From Candidatus Omnitrophota bacterium (GTDB taxonomy: Bacteria; Omnitrophota; Gorgyraeia; JAHJTE01), in contig JBFMEB010000006.1 of NCBI GenBank assembly GCA_040753675.1, positions 4,561-68,560 of the forward strand: DNA of 64,000 nt. Direction: 5' to 3'. The translations under genes and the position numbers were made by a program. Under the pieces are notes generated by a model. The model searched no databases and was not told the origin of the DNA. It saw only the letters and a list, made by a program, of their open reading frames with translations. Positions 35,943-48,977 of the stretch are shown here, piece by piece. How positions within the stretch are numbered: the first letter of the stretch is position 1; each line of letters starts with the position of its first letter.

Positions 35943-37160
35943 ATGCCAGAGCTGAAAGATAAAAAAATACTACTCGCCTCAAGCGATACAAATTGCGCTG
36001 AGATAATTATTTTATTGCTTAAAAGCTGGGGTTATGCTTCGTCTTGGATAAAAGAATCCAAGGAGGTAATTGAGGCTATCTCAAAATTGCAACCAGACTT
36101 AATTATAGTTGATTCTAGTTTAGGCGGGACAGATCCCTTTAATCTTATCAAAGAAATAAAGGCAGATTACCACAATGGTCATATACCTATACTAATGATA
36201 TTAGAAAAGAAGAATGTGCGCCGAGATATTTTAGAGATTGAACAAGGCCTGGATGATTACCTGACCAAGCCGCCTGATCCTATTGATTTAGAGGTGCGTC
36301 TGGAAATGGCGCTTCGTAGAACCGAGCATCATTTTTTTGCTAACGCCCTGTCAAAGTTACCTGGCAGCCGGATGTTAGAAAAAATTATCCAGCAAAAACT
36401 TGAGCATAAAGAAATATTTTCATTTCTTTACTGCGATATAAATAATTTTAAATCCTTCAACGATAAATACGGTTTTGAGCGCGGCGATGCAGTTATAATG
36501 CAGACGGCACATATTATTACTAATGCAGTGAAGCTATTCGGTAGCACAAATGATTTCGTCTTTCACATTGGAGGAGATGATTTCGTCATACTTACCTCAA
36601 GTGTATCTGAGGCAGCAGTAACTAAATATATAATTGATGAATTTGATAAGTTGATTCTTTTTCATTATGCCCCTATAGATAGGGACAGAGGTTTTATAAG
36701 GATTAGAGATAGGCAAGGAAAGATTGTCAATTTTCCCCTAATGGCTATATCTATTGCAATTGTGAATAATGTAGATAGACAGATTAATAGTTTGATTGAA
36801 TTTGTTGAGATAGCCTTTGAAATTAAACGCTATCTAAAACAAGACAAGCATAGTTCTAGTCTGGTTAATAGAAGAAAAGCGAGATACGATTACGAGATTA
36901 AGAAAGAAGACGAATTAAAACAGGAAGCCAGAGTCAGTAGCCTTAAAAAAAGACAGATATATAGGCCTCTTGGCCAAATACTCCTAGAGAAAAACTTAAT
37001 AAATAATCAACAATTGGAAAGCGCTCTTATTAAACACTGGAGTTCTAACCGTCGTCTGGGGCAGGTGTTAGTGGATATGAATCTTATTGATTCTAAACAG
37101 TTAGAGCAAATCTTTAAAAAGAGCCCTAAACATTCGCAAGCCCACTATGTTGGAGCATAA
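35943..37160 (+). CDS. Receiver, GGDEF (GGDDF variant) and C-terminal MshEN-like c-di-GMP-binding module
   Basis: REC (DLIIVDSSLGG). GGDEF core YCDINNFKSFNDKYGFERGD...FHIGGDDFVIL. C-terminal tandem 24-aa motifs PLGQILLEKNLINNQQLESALIKH and RLGQVLVDMNLIDSKQLEQIFKK fit RLGxxLLxxGLIxxxxLxxxLxxQ. Confidence 0.75.
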   Translation: MPELKDKKILLASSDTNCAEIIILLLKSWGYASSWIKESKEVIEAISKLQPDLIIVDSSLGGTDPFNLIKEIKADYHNGHIPILMILEKKNVRRDILEIEQGLDDYLTKPPDPIDLEVRLEMALRRTEHHFFANALSKLPGSRMLEKIIQQKLEHKEIFSFLYCDINNFKSFNDKYGFERGDAVIMQTAHIITNAVKLFGSTNDFVFHIGGDDFVILTSSVSEAAVTKYIIDEFDKLILFHYAPIDRDRGFIRIRDRQGKIVNFPLMAISIAIVNNVDRQINSLIEFVEIAFEIKRYLKQDKHSSSLVNRRKARYDYEIKKEDELKQEARVSSLKKRQIYRPLGQILLEKNLINNQQLESALIKHWSSNRRLGQVLVDMNLIDSKQLEQIFKKSPKHSQAHYVGA

Positions 37161-37641
37161 TTTTATGGAAATAAAAATTTACGGCGATCCTATATTGCGA
37201 AAGAAATGTTTTACGGTTAAAGAAATAGGCGAGGGAGAACTGCGTATCTTTGATGAAATGCTGCAGGAGATGCGCAAAAAAGGCGGCGTTGGCTTAGCTG
37301 CTTGCCAAGTAGGCATTAATAAACAGATGCTTGTGGTTGATGTGGCAGGTAAGATTTTAAAGTTAGCTAACCCAAAGATACTGAAGCGCCAGGGGGCTTT
37401 AGCTATTGAAGAAGGATGTCTAAGTTTACCTGAAATTCTAATTAAAGTTAAACGAGCAAAGAAGATAAACTTAGAAGCTATTAATGAATTAAACCAGAAA
37501 ATTTCACTAACTTGCGAAGATATTTTAGCTATTGTTTTGCAGCATGAGATTGACCACTTAGAAGGCAGGTTAATAATCGATTATCTTCCCTGGTATAAAA
37601 AGATTAAGGCAATAAGAAAATTGAAAGCAAAAAAAGCTTAG
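37147..37641 (+). CDS. def: Peptide deformylase. Likely true start ATG 37165, MEIKIYGDP
   Basis: GVGLAACQVG, EGCLSLPE and QHEIDHLEG motifs. Confidence 0.85.
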   Translation: MLEHNFMEIKIYGDPILRKKCFTVKEIGEGELRIFDEMLQEMRKKGGVGLAACQVGINKQMLVVDVAGKILKLANPKILKRQGALAIEEGCLSLPEILIKVKRAKKINLEAINELNQKISLTCEDILAIVLQHEIDHLEGRLIIDYLPWYKKIKAIRKLKAKKA

Positions 37642-37680
37642 GAGAGAAAGATGCCCCTCAACAGTGCTCGGGCTCAAGTG

Positions 37681-37748
37681 AAATTTAGCGCCAGTGGCAA
37701 ATTTCACTTGACAAAAATAAGTAAAATTGATAGTGTAGACCTACTAAT
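37681..37748 (+). promoter_or_regulatory. Candidate operator hairpin (gtgaaattt-N12-aaatttcac) overlapping a TTGACA-17-TAGTGT promoter upstream of pckA
   Basis: Perfect 9-bp inverted repeat read directly. The -35 is perfect and the -10 is weak. Confidence 0.3.
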
Positions 37749-37788
37749 TTTTATTTTAAAAAATAAAATTTTGAAGGATTAGATTAGT

Positions 37789-39435
37789 ATGATAAGTGAC
37801 AAAGAATTAGAAAAAATTCTAAGCGTTGTTAAGCGGCTAAAAACCCAAGCAAATGTAAGCAGGCCAACCGAAGCAGAACTGCGCAAAGAAGCGCAGAGTT
37901 TTGCTACCCCCACCGAGTTTGGTAACTATAATTTTGTTTCTTCGGTAAAAAATAGAAGTGCTGGCCTTACCGTATATGTTGGCTCTACAGAGGTTGCTCA
38001 ATCCGCGTTAAGCCATCGTCAAAAAGAAATTGTCAAGAACTTGCCCCAGACCCTTGCTACGCTTTTTTCCTATTTAGAGAGAGCGCCTTTTGTTTATACT
38101 AAAAATTCTATGGGTGATAATCCTTACTTTGCTTGCCAATGCAATCTTTTTGTTTCTGTATATCGCAAGGAAATGGTAAGACTTAGCTTTATGGTTAACC
38201 GTACGCTTTTCCCAGCCAATGATTCTGCCAAAGCACAAGGTCCGGATTTTTATTTAGTATATGTCCCTGAATGGCAAGAGAAAGATAGGCAAATTTTAGT
38301 TTTTCCCGAAATCGGTGTAACCTTTGTCTTAGGAACGGATTACTACGGAGAAGCAAAAAAGGGTTTTTTACGTTTAGGAATGTGGTATGCTAAACAGCGG
38401 GAAATGTTGGGATTGCACGCTGGCTCTAAGATTATTTATGCTAAAGATGCAAAAACTGGGAAAATCAAAAAATATTCTATGCTTATCTTTGGTCTTACTG
38501 CAACCGGTAAGACCACACATTCATGTCACGACCACGGCCTTAATTTAAAAGGCGAGGGTATTGAGATTGTCCAGGATGACGTTGTATTTTTGTGTAAAGA
38601 CGGCTCTACCTTAGGCACAGAAAGAGGTTTTTATCTTAAGACAGAAGGCGTAAGCCTTAAAACCCAACCGCTTATTTACAAAGCAGCGACCAGCCCACAC
38701 GCTGTGTTTGAAAATGTCTCTGTTGATTATAGAGGTAAGGTTTATTTTGACGACGATACCCTGACCGGAAACGGCCGGGGAATTATGCAACGAGATGATT
38801 TTGGCAAATTTAAAAGTAAGAGTATTAATACTCCTTCTTTGGCTGAACTGGACGGTATGATTATCGCTCTGATTACCAGGCGCAACACCGTAGTTCCGAT
38901 TGCTGCAAAATTAAATCCGGAACAGGCAGCGGCATTCTTTATGTTAGGAGAGTCTATAGAGAGTTCAGGTTCTGATCCTAAGCGCGCCGGCGAATCAGTG
39001 AGAGAAGTAGGTACTAATCCGTTTATAATCGGTGAGGCTTCTTATGAAGGTAATTGGTTTTATCAGTTTTTAAAATCCCATCAGGATAAAATTAGTTGCT
39101 TCTTATTGAATACTGGTGGCATCGGCGAAATAATAGAAGTCACTGAAGAGGGCTCTAAAATAACTAAACGCAAAGTTGAGCGCGTTGCAATTTCTGAAAT
39201 GGCTGCAATTATTCGCGGCATTGTTAGAAATTCCATTAAATGGACGAAAAGCAATTATTTCAATTATGAGGTGCCGCAGAAAGTGGAATCTATTGATATT
39301 CTTCGTTTTAATTTAGCGAATTTCTATTCTCCTGAAGAAATTCAGGCATACCTTAATGATTTAAAGGCGGAACGCGCAGAATATTTTCAGAAGTTCTCCA
39401 GGCTTAATCCTGCCATTATTAATTCAGTCCAATAA
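37789..39435 (+). CDS. pckA: Phosphoenolpyruvate carboxykinase (ATP)
   Basis: ~548 aa. Kinase-1a-like IFGLTATGKTTHS. Overall PEPCK-ATP architecture. Confidence 0.7.
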   Translation: MISDKELEKILSVVKRLKTQANVSRPTEAELRKEAQSFATPTEFGNYNFVSSVKNRSAGLTVYVGSTEVAQSALSHRQKEIVKNLPQTLATLFSYLERAPFVYTKNSMGDNPYFACQCNLFVSVYRKEMVRLSFMVNRTLFPANDSAKAQGPDFYLVYVPEWQEKDRQILVFPEIGVTFVLGTDYYGEAKKGFLRLGMWYAKQREMLGLHAGSKIIYAKDAKTGKIKKYSMLIFGLTATGKTTHSCHDHGLNLKGEGIEIVQDDVVFLCKDGSTLGTERGFYLKTEGVSLKTQPLIYKAATSPHAVFENVSVDYRGKVYFDDDTLTGNGRGIMQRDDFGKFKSKSINTPSLAELDGMIIALITRRNTVVPIAAKLNPEQAAAFFMLGESIESSGSDPKRAGESVREVGTNPFIIGEASYEGNWFYQFLKSHQDKISCFLLNTGGIGEIIEVTEEGSKITKRKVERVAISEMAAIIRGIVRNSIKWTKSNYFNYEVPQKVESIDILRFNLANFYSPEEIQAYLNDLKAERAEYFQKFSRLNPAIINSVQ

Positions 39436-39469
39436 GTAACGCAGATGATCACTGATGTCAGCTGAACCG

Positions 39470-39572
39470 GGTCAAAAGTTGTCATACAATTGTCATACCA
39501 TTGTCATATGTTGTTTTTATAATATATGACAATACTTGACTATTTATGACTATGTATGACTTATTGCTGTCT
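39470..39572. repeat. 'tgtcata/tatgaca' palindromic repeat element, copy B, preceded by the acgcagatgatcactgatg motif
   Basis: gggtcaaaagttgtcatacaattgtcataccattgtcatatg...atatatgacaatacttgactatttatgactatgtatgacttattgctgtct. About 90% identical to 13461-13567. Confidence 0.85.
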
Positions 39573-39681
39573 TAATCTAGTTAATTTTGATACTATTGCT
39601 TTTTTGGCTGAATTGTCGTAGAATAAAACATTGGTTTATAGATTGTTTTGCCTAACGTAGAGACCTTAATGGAGGTAGAGT

Positions 39682-41265
39682 ATGCACCATATTTTAGTTA
39701 GTGATAAGCTCGCCGAAGAAGGACTTAAAATTTTCAATTCAGAGAAAAGCTTTAAAGTTGATGTTAAAACAGGGCTTAGCCCTAAAGAACTCCAAGCCAT
39801 TATCAAGGATTATGATTGCTTGGTAGTAAGGAGCGCCACAAAGGTAACTGCGGATATTATACAGGAAGCTAAAAACCTTAAAATTATTGGCAGAGCTGGC
39901 GTTGGCCTGGATAATGTCGATTTAGAGGCAGCGAATAAAAAGGGCATTATCGTCATGAATACTCCTGCTGGTAATACTATCTCCACGTCTGAACACACCA
40001 TGAGTTTAATCCTTTCTTTATCCAGGAATATCCCCAGCGCAGATGTTTCAATGAAGAAAGGTGAATGGGAAAGAAATAAATTTATGGGGGTTGAGCTTTA
40101 CGGCAAGACTCTGGGCCTCGTGGGTATGGGTAAAATCGGCAGCGAGGTTGCAAAACGCGCTCTTTCCTTTGGAATGGTTGTTATTGCTTATGACCCGTTT
40201 TTATCCAAAGAGGCAGCAAGCCAATTGGGCGTTGAACTCGTAGAATTAAAAGACTTGCTTACTCAGAGCGACTATATAAGCATTCATGCACCATTGACTG
40301 ACGATACCAGAAATATGATTTCAACTAAAGAATTAGCATTGGTTAAAAAGAGCGTAAGGATTATTAATTGTGCTCGGGGCGGCATAGTCGACGAGAACGC
40401 ATTAATCTTGGCAGTAAAAGAAGGTAAAATAGCTGGTTTTGCCTTAGATGTTTACGAGAAAGAGCCGCCTGGGAAAAATGAGTTTCTAGACTTAAACAAT
40501 TGCGTTCTTACTCCTCATTTAGGGGCTTCCACCGCAGAAGCACAGGTCAATGTTGCCATCCAGATTGCCGAGCAGATACGCGATGCACTTTTAGGTAAAG
40601 GCATACGTAATGCTGCTAATTATCCTTGCCTGGAGCCAGAGGTTTGCAAGGTTATGAGTCCATATATAACCTTAGCAGAAAAGCTCGGCCTTTTTGCCAG
40701 TCAGATAGTTGAGGGCAGAATTCAAGACATTAACATAACATATAGCGGCGAAATTGCAAAGTACGATTTAAAGACATTAACTATGGCAGTTACCAAGGGT
40801 ATACTTTATTCGATGTTGCAGGATAGTGTTAATTTCGTCAATGCCTTATCACTTGCCCAGGAACGCAGAATAAAGGTAAACGAGATAAAATCAAACAGAG
40901 TAGAGGAGTTCGCAAACCTAATAGAAGTGATTATTAAGACTGACAAAGGGCAGTTAAGAACTGCTGGAACGCTTTCTGCTAATGGCCAGCCCAGGATAGT
41001 TCTTATAAATAATTTTTATGTTGAGGTATCACCATCCGGTTTTATGTTGGTCATTGATAATATTGATAAGCCCGGAATCATTGGTACTGTCGGGACAGTC
41101 ATTGGCAAAAATAAGATAAATATTGCAGGCATGACGTTCGGAAGAGAGTCTCAAGGAGGCAAAGCCATAACTGTTTTGAATGTTGACAGCGCAGTATCGG
41201 ATAAGGTAATCTCTGAAATAAAGGAAAATAAAAATATTAAAAAGGTGCGTTTTATTAAACTATGA
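39682..41265 (+). CDS. serA: D-3-phosphoglycerate dehydrogenase with C-terminal ASB/ACT domains
   Basis: NAD-binding GMGKIGSEVAKRA, catalytic R/H/E residues. 527 aa. Confidence 0.9.
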   Translation: MHHILVSDKLAEEGLKIFNSEKSFKVDVKTGLSPKELQAIIKDYDCLVVRSATKVTADIIQEAKNLKIIGRAGVGLDNVDLEAANKKGIIVMNTPAGNTISTSEHTMSLILSLSRNIPSADVSMKKGEWERNKFMGVELYGKTLGLVGMGKIGSEVAKRALSFGMVVIAYDPFLSKEAASQLGVELVELKDLLTQSDYISIHAPLTDDTRNMISTKELALVKKSVRIINCARGGIVDENALILAVKEGKIAGFALDVYEKEPPGKNEFLDLNNCVLTPHLGASTAEAQVNVAIQIAEQIRDALLGKGIRNAANYPCLEPEVCKVMSPYITLAEKLGLFASQIVEGRIQDINITYSGEIAKYDLKTLTMAVTKGILYSMLQDSVNFVNALSLAQERRIKVNEIKSNRVEEFANLIEVIIKTDKGQLRTAGTLSANGQPRIVLINNFYVEVSPSGFMLVIDNIDKPGIIGTVGTVIGKNKINIAGMTFGRESQGGKAITVLNVDSAVSDKVISEIKENKNIKKVRFIKL

Positions 41266-42428
41266 TTCGTAAATCGTCAATCTTTTTCCTAAGCCTCATC
41301 ATAATTTTTTCTCTGTGTCAAATTTTGTTTGCCAGTCCCCGCGTAAATATCTTAGGTCTCTCTGATGGGTTTATAGATTTAGGTAAAATGAAAGAGGGCG
41401 TTAGCAAGAAAAGTTCGATTTCAATCGAGAATGCCGGCGATGAGATTCTTATTATTAAATCTGTCCAGCCAAGTTGTGGTTGCGTAAAAATCATAAGCCC
41501 CCAGAAAGAGCTATTAATAAAACCGAAAGAAAAGCAAGAGATTGTATTTAGCTTTAATTCCACTGGTTACTCTGGCATTACTAAAGAATATCTTTATTTG
41601 GAAACTAACGATCCCAGCCAAAAGAGTCTGAGGATAGAGGCAAGAGCTTTGGTGTTACGTTCTCTATCGTCTATAACAAAGAGGTTTATGCAATTCAGCC
41701 CTGTTTTTATTCTAAGCGCCGGACTTGTTGATGGGATAAATCCCTGTGCATTTACTGTAATCGTATTTTTTATGTCATTTTTATTTTTTGTCGGCTATTC
41801 TCGAAAAGAGATTTTTATCGTAGGCGGCTCTTTTATTTTGGCGGTTTTCCTTACCTATCTTTTAATCGGATTAGGAATTTTAGGGACACTAAGACATTTG
41901 TCTAGTTTTGTCTATATCAGCCGTATTTTATATTACCTGACCGCGATTTTGGCTTTTATCCTGGGGCTTTTAAGTCTTATTGACTTTTGGCAGTATCATA
42001 AGACTAAAAGTTTGCAAAATATAATTTTAAAATTACCTGATTTTTTAAAAAACAGAATTACTCGGGTAATAAATAAAAGTTTAGATAAACGACGCCGTAG
42101 CATCAAAGATATCTTTTCTTTAATTGCTGCTTCGTTTTCCTGCGGCATTATTGTCTCTCTTTTAGAAAGCGCCTGCACCGGCCAGATGTATTTACCTACC
42201 ATAGTTTTTATGCTCAAAAATTCTGCTTTAAAATTGCGTGCCTTAGTATATTTATTATTGTATAATGTGATGTTTATTTTCCCGCTAATCATCATCTTTT
42301 TATTAGCCGGTTTTGGCGTAAGTTCGCAAACATTTTCCCGCATAGCTGGGAAAAATATAGGCATAATTAAGTTATTAACAGCAATTTTATTTTTCGCTTT
42401 AGGGGTTTTCTTGTTATTGGTAATTTAA
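41262..42428 (+). CDS. DUF1573-domain protein fused to a DsbD/CcdA-type transmembrane thiol-disulfide transporter domain
   Basis: N-terminal periplasmic DUF1573 (GFIDLGKMKEGVSKKSSISIENAGDEILIIKSV). Then six TMs with CAFTV... cysteines, like the cytochrome c biogenesis DsbD_2 family. Confidence 0.55.
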   Translation: MIRKSSIFFLSLIIIFSLCQILFASPRVNILGLSDGFIDLGKMKEGVSKKSSISIENAGDEILIIKSVQPSCGCVKIISPQKELLIKPKEKQEIVFSFNSTGYSGITKEYLYLETNDPSQKSLRIEARALVLRSLSSITKRFMQFSPVFILSAGLVDGINPCAFTVIVFFMSFLFFVGYSRKEIFIVGGSFILAVFLTYLLIGLGILGTLRHLSSFVYISRILYYLTAILAFILGLLSLIDFWQYHKTKSLQNIILKLPDFLKNRITRVINKSLDKRRRSIKDIFSLIAASFSCGIIVSLLESACTGQMYLPTIVFMLKNSALKLRALVYLLLYNVMFIFPLIIIFLLAGFGVSSQTFSRIAGKNIGIIKLLTAILFFALGVFLLLVI

Positions 42429-42429
42429 T

Positions 42430-43305
42430 ATGAAAAAAATTCTCCCTCTTTTATTATCAGTTTGTCTTTTTGCTTTTAATAATGCTTTTGCGAGCCAGTT
42501 AAGCATTATTTATACTGGCGAGACCTACGCTACGCTTTTTCCCTGTCATTGTCCGGCAGAGCCTGCTGGAGGAGTTAGCCGCAGAGCAACTAAGATTAAC
42601 CAATTACGCAAGGAAAACCCGAATTCGCTCCTTTTAGAAGTAGGCAATTCTTTTGCTGGAGGTAGTAGGGATTATAATAAACAGGCAGAAGAGTTAGATA
42701 AGCAAAGGACCAAGGTATATTTTAAGTGTTTAAGTTTAATGGGCTATGATGCAGTAATGGCAGACGAGGGATTTCTTCGTTATGGCAAGGATTTTTTAAG
42801 GGAGATTGTACAAGAGTCCGGCCTTGAGTTTATTAACTTAAGTAGCCTGATTTTTAAATCTCATATTATTAAGGAGATAAACGGATTAAAAATTGCAGTT
42901 ATAGGTTTTGAGGGATATAATGAGCAATTCGGATTGAGTAAAGATAGGATTGACGAACTTAAGAGATTAACTGACAAATTGAAAAAAGAAAATATTAATC
43001 TTGTTATTGTTTTAACTGACCAGAATGAACAAGATATTTACGAACTGACTAAAAATGTCGAAGGGATAGATTGCATAATTAGTACTGTTAACTATGGCAC
43101 TAATCAAAAACAGGTAATCACAGTAGGACAGACGCTTTTAGCATTGTCTTATTGGCAGGCGAGAAGACTAACTCGACTAAATTTAAATGTTGAGGATGGA
43201 AGAATAAAAAGTTATTCTTTTGAGGAGATAAAATTAACTCCTGATGTACCGGATGACCCCGAAGTGGCAGCATTACTGGCAAAATACCCAGAGTTTAAGA
43301 GATAA
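42430..43305 (+). CDS. Secreted hypothetical protein, possibly a 5'-nucleotidase/metallophosphatase-like fold. Weak call
   Basis: Signal peptide. LSIIYTGETYATLFPCHCP...LLLEVGNSFAGG loosely resembles the N-terminal metallophosphatase region, but the metal ligands are not conserved. Confidence 0.3.
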   Translation: MKKILPLLLSVCLFAFNNAFASQLSIIYTGETYATLFPCHCPAEPAGGVSRRATKINQLRKENPNSLLLEVGNSFAGGSRDYNKQAEELDKQRTKVYFKCLSLMGYDAVMADEGFLRYGKDFLREIVQESGLEFINLSSLIFKSHIIKEINGLKIAVIGFEGYNEQFGLSKDRIDELKRLTDKLKKENINLVIVLTDQNEQDIYELTKNVEGIDCIISTVNYGTNQKQVITVGQTLLALSYWQARRLTRLNLNVEDGRIKSYSFEEIKLTPDVPDDPEVAALLAKYPEFKR

Positions 43306-43330
43306 AATTGTACCTAAACGGAGAATTCCT

Positions 43331-45839
<2,509 letters not shown>

Positions 45840-45876
45840 AATTCCAAATTGCAAGCACCAAATAACAAACAATATC

Positions 45877-45896
45877 TCTGCCTGCCGGCAGGCAGG
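45877..45896. repeat. GC-rich palindrome tctgcctgccggcaggcagg, copy 2
   Basis: 19/20 identical to 35438-35457. Lies 3' of purA. Confidence 0.8.
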
Positions 45897-45900
45897 CAAT

Positions 45901-46010
45901 ATCAAAATTACAATGACCAAAACTTAATTTTTAAAAGTTTGTAATTTTACTCATTGGAATTTGAGATTTATTTGGAATTTGGGATTTGTTTATTGGAATT
46001 TAACAGGGGC
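45901..46010. repeat. 'ttggaatttg' degenerate repeat half-element sharing the 22-mer atcaaaattacaatgaccaaaa with 61209-61230
   Basis: atcaaaattacaatgaccaaaa...tcattggaatttgagatttatttggaatttgggatttgtttattggaattt. Confidence 0.75.
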
Positions 46011-46097
46011 AAAAAAGAAAAATGGTATTACAATTCCCCTATGGGGAAATAATTTCATGACAGCCAGGACTAAACAAAAAAAGGAGGGTTTTTAAAA

Positions 46098-48191
46098 ATG
46101 GGTTTGATTCTTCTCGCACCTTTGGGTTCTTTATTAGCGTTGTTTATAGTGGGCGTTTTAATCATATGGATTCTTCGCCAGCCTGAAGGGAATGAAAGGA
46201 TGATAGAGATTGCCCGCTATGTGCAGCAAGGCGCATATACCTATATAAAGCAGCAATATAAAATCGTGGGTATATTTTTCTTTGTTGTCTTCTTTCTATT
46301 ATTATTTTTGGCACTAAAAGGGCACTTGGTAATATTTGTCCCGTTTGCTTTTTTAACTGGTGGATTTTTTTCCGGACTTTCTGGCTTTATCGGTTTATCA
46401 GTTGCAGTACGCGCTGGTAACCGTACTGCCCATGCTGCGACTAAAAGCCTGAATTCTGGTTTGCGTGTTGCTTTTAATGCTGGCTCAGTTATGGGTTTAA
46501 CTGTGGTAGGTTTGGGTCTTTTGGATTTGTCTATCTGGTATTTTCTTCTTGATTGGTATTATACAAGCCATCCTGTTTTAATCGGAGCAGACAAAATCAG
46601 CGCAATTACTTCTACAATGCTTTGTTTTGGGATGGGAGCAAGTTCGCAGGCGTTATTTGCAAGAGTAGGAGGAGGAATATTTACTAAGGCAGCTGATGTT
46701 GGAGCAGACTTGGTAGGTAAAGTTGAGGCAGGCATACCTGAGGATGATCCACGAAATCCGGCGGTTATTGCTGATAATGTGGGCGACAATGTCGGCGATG
46801 TTGCTGGAATGGGCGCAGACCTTTACGAGTCATACGTTGGTTCAATTGTCGCCACTATGGCTTTGGCTGTAGCAGCAGGCTTAGGCGTAAAAGGAGTTAT
46901 TGTGCCAATGACTATGGCTGCCTGCGGAGTGCTCGCTTCAGTTATTGGTATATTTTGCGTGAAAACAAAAGAGGCAGCAGGCCAAGCGGTGTTATTGAAT
47001 GCGCTAAGGAGAGCGATAATCATTACTGGAATTTTAACTGCTATCAGTTCTTATCTGGTTATAATGGCAAGTTTGGGTAGGAGTTATTTCGGAGTTTATT
47101 TATCAGTATTAACTGGATTGCTCACAGGAATATTCTTGGGTTTATCTACTGAATATTTTACTTCAAGTCGCTATAGGCCAACCATTAGTATAGCTAATTC
47201 AGCCTCAACCGGGCCAGCTACAGTAGTGATTGCCGGAATGTCAGTTGGGATGCTTTCGACTTCAATACCGGTTTTGCTTGTCTCAGTAGGAGTATTAGCT
47301 GCGTTTTATTTAGCAGGCGGTGCTAACAATTTCAATCTTGGCCTTTACGGAATCGGAATTGCTGGTATAGGCATGTTAAGCACGTTAGGCATCACCTTGG
47401 CTACTGACGCATACGGTCCGGTTGCTGATAATGCTGGCGGTAATGCGCAGATGTCAAATTTAGACCCAGAAGTGCGCAAGCGCACAGACAGTTTAGATGC
47501 GCTCGGTAACACTACTGCTGCTACGGGCAAAGGATTTGCCATTGGCTCAGCTGCTTTGACAGCCTTGGCGTTAATTGTTGCTTACAAAGAACAAGTAGAG
47601 ATTTTAGGCGGACATTTTGATTTAAGTTTCTTAAATCCTAAGTTGATTACCGGGATATTTATCGGCTCTATGTTGGTATTTTTATTCTGTTCGCTCACCA
47701 TGCGCGCAGTGGGAAATGCTGCTGGGAAAATTGTCATTGAAGTTCGCCGGCAATTCAAAGAAATTGTAGGACTAATGGCAGGGACTGCAAAAGCTGATTA
47801 CAGCCGTTGCGTTAAAATTGCAACTCAAGCAGCTCAGAAAGAAATGGTTTTTCCATCGTTATTGGCAATTACTTCTCCTGTCATAGTCGGTTTATTAATG
47901 GGCTTGGAAGCCGAGGTTGGATTACTTATGGGAGCACTTGCCAGCGGCTTTATCGTAGCTATCATGATGGCTAATTCTGGAGGTGCTTGGGACAATGCAA
48001 AGAAATATATCGAAGAAGGTAATCTGGGCGGCAAAGGTTCACTGGCTCATAAAGCAGCAGTTGTGGGCGACACAATCGGCGATCCCTTTAAAGACACATC
48101 AGGGCCTTCTTTAAATATCTTAATAAAGCTAATGTCAATGGTTTCTATTGTATTTGCTTCCGTGGTCATCAAGTATAGTCTGTTTAAATGA
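46098..48191 (+). CDS. hppA: Membrane-bound proton/sodium-translocating pyrophosphatase (V-type H+-PPase)
   Basis: [33 protein letters not shown] and [22 protein letters not shown] signatures. ~16 TMs, 697 aa. Confidence 0.9.
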   Translation: MGLILLAPLGSLLALFIVGVLIIWILRQPEGNERMIEIARYVQQGAYTYIKQQYKIVGIFFFVVFFLLLFLALKGHLVIFVPFAFLTGGFFSGLSGFIGLSVAVRAGNRTAHAATKSLNSGLRVAFNAGSVMGLTVVGLGLLDLSIWYFLLDWYYTSHPVLIGADKISAITSTMLCFGMGASSQALFARVGGGIFTKAADVGADLVGKVEAGIPEDDPRNPAVIADNVGDNVGDVAGMGADLYESYVGSIVATMALAVAAGLGVKGVIVPMTMAACGVLASVIGIFCVKTKEAAGQAVLLNALRRAIIITGILTAISSYLVIMASLGRSYFGVYLSVLTGLLTGIFLGLSTEYFTSSRYRPTISIANSASTGPATVVIAGMSVGMLSTSIPVLLVSVGVLAAFYLAGGANNFNLGLYGIGIAGIGMLSTLGITLATDAYGPVADNAGGNAQMSNLDPEVRKRTDSLDALGNTTAATGKGFAIGSAALTALALIVAYKEQVEILGGHFDLSFLNPKLITGIFIGSMLVFLFCSLTMRAVGNAAGKIVIEVRRQFKEIVGLMAGTAKADYSRCVKIATQAAQKEMVFPSLLAITSPVIVGLLMGLEAEVGLLMGALASGFIVAIMMANSGGAWDNAKKYIEEGNLGGKGSLAHKAAVVGDTIGDPFKDTSGPSLNILIKLMSMVSIVFASVVIKYSLFK

Positions 48192-48317
48192 TGGCAGATA
48201 TTGAGGCGAAAATTATCTGCTTATTAAACTTGACTTTAGAAATAAATTATGTTAATCTAAATCTCTAACCTTATAGTATCCAAGGAGTTAAACTTATAGT
48301 AATAACAGGAGGGTTGT

Positions 48318-48965
48318 ATGTTAAGATCTAAAACCATTAGTATTTTAGTAATTTTATTTTTACTGAATTTCTTGGTTTCGGGTTGTTCCGTAATTTTTCA
48401 AAAAGGCAGACGTTCCGATGTTCAGAGAATCAGAGAATTAGAAAGTAAACTTGCTGAGTTAGAGAAGGCAAGAACGGCCTTAGAAAGAAGCCTATCAAAA
48501 GAAATTGCTGATAAGCAAGTCAGCCTAGAAATGGCAGAAAAAGGCCTGGTAGTAACATTTTTAGCTGAAATTCTTTTTGATTCTGGAAAGGCAAAGATTA
48601 AGAAAGAAGCTATGCCGATTTTAGACAAGGTGGTTAATGTTGTAGAGACCGTGGTGCCGGATTTGAGCATTGGTGTCGAAGGGCATACTGATAATCAGCC
48701 TATAAAATATTCTGGCTGGAAATCTAATTGGGAGCTTTCTACTGCCAGGGCTACAAGTGTTATTCATTATTTTATTGACGAGAAGGGGGTAGAGCCGAGT
48801 CGACTTGCAGCAGTAGGTTATGGTGAGTTTAAGCCAGTAACCAGCAACGATACGTCAGAAGGCCGGCGTAAAAATAGGCGAGTTGAGATAGTGATTATGC
48901 CTAAAATTTCTAAGTCTCAAGAGGTCTCTGATGTGAGAGAGGGCTCAGCCAAGACTTTAAAATAA
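48318..48965 (+). CDS. OmpA-family (OmpA/MotB C-terminal domain) lipoprotein
   Basis: LVSGC lipobox, coiled coil. OmpA_C region VVTFLAEILFDSGKAKIK...GHTDNQPI...NWELSTARATSV...RLAAVGYGE...RRVEIVI. Confidence 0.85.
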   Translation: MLRSKTISILVILFLLNFLVSGCSVIFQKGRRSDVQRIRELESKLAELEKARTALERSLSKEIADKQVSLEMAEKGLVVTFLAEILFDSGKAKIKKEAMPILDKVVNVVETVVPDLSIGVEGHTDNQPIKYSGWKSNWELSTARATSVIHYFIDEKGVEPSRLAAVGYGEFKPVTSNDTSEGRRKNRRVEIVIMPKISKSQEVSDVREGSAKTLK

Positions 48966-48977
48966 AGGAGACTGTTT

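Noticed and set aside
40061-40243. 60-aa ORF inside serA in an alternative frame
   Set aside because: Fully nested within a confidently called gene. No support.
43244-43330. ORF-track start of the HMGL-like gene at 43244, overlapping the upstream gene by 60 nt
   Set aside because: ATG 43331 (MKKNKIYIIDVTNRDG) gives a normal N-terminus for the family, and the overlap is unnecessary.
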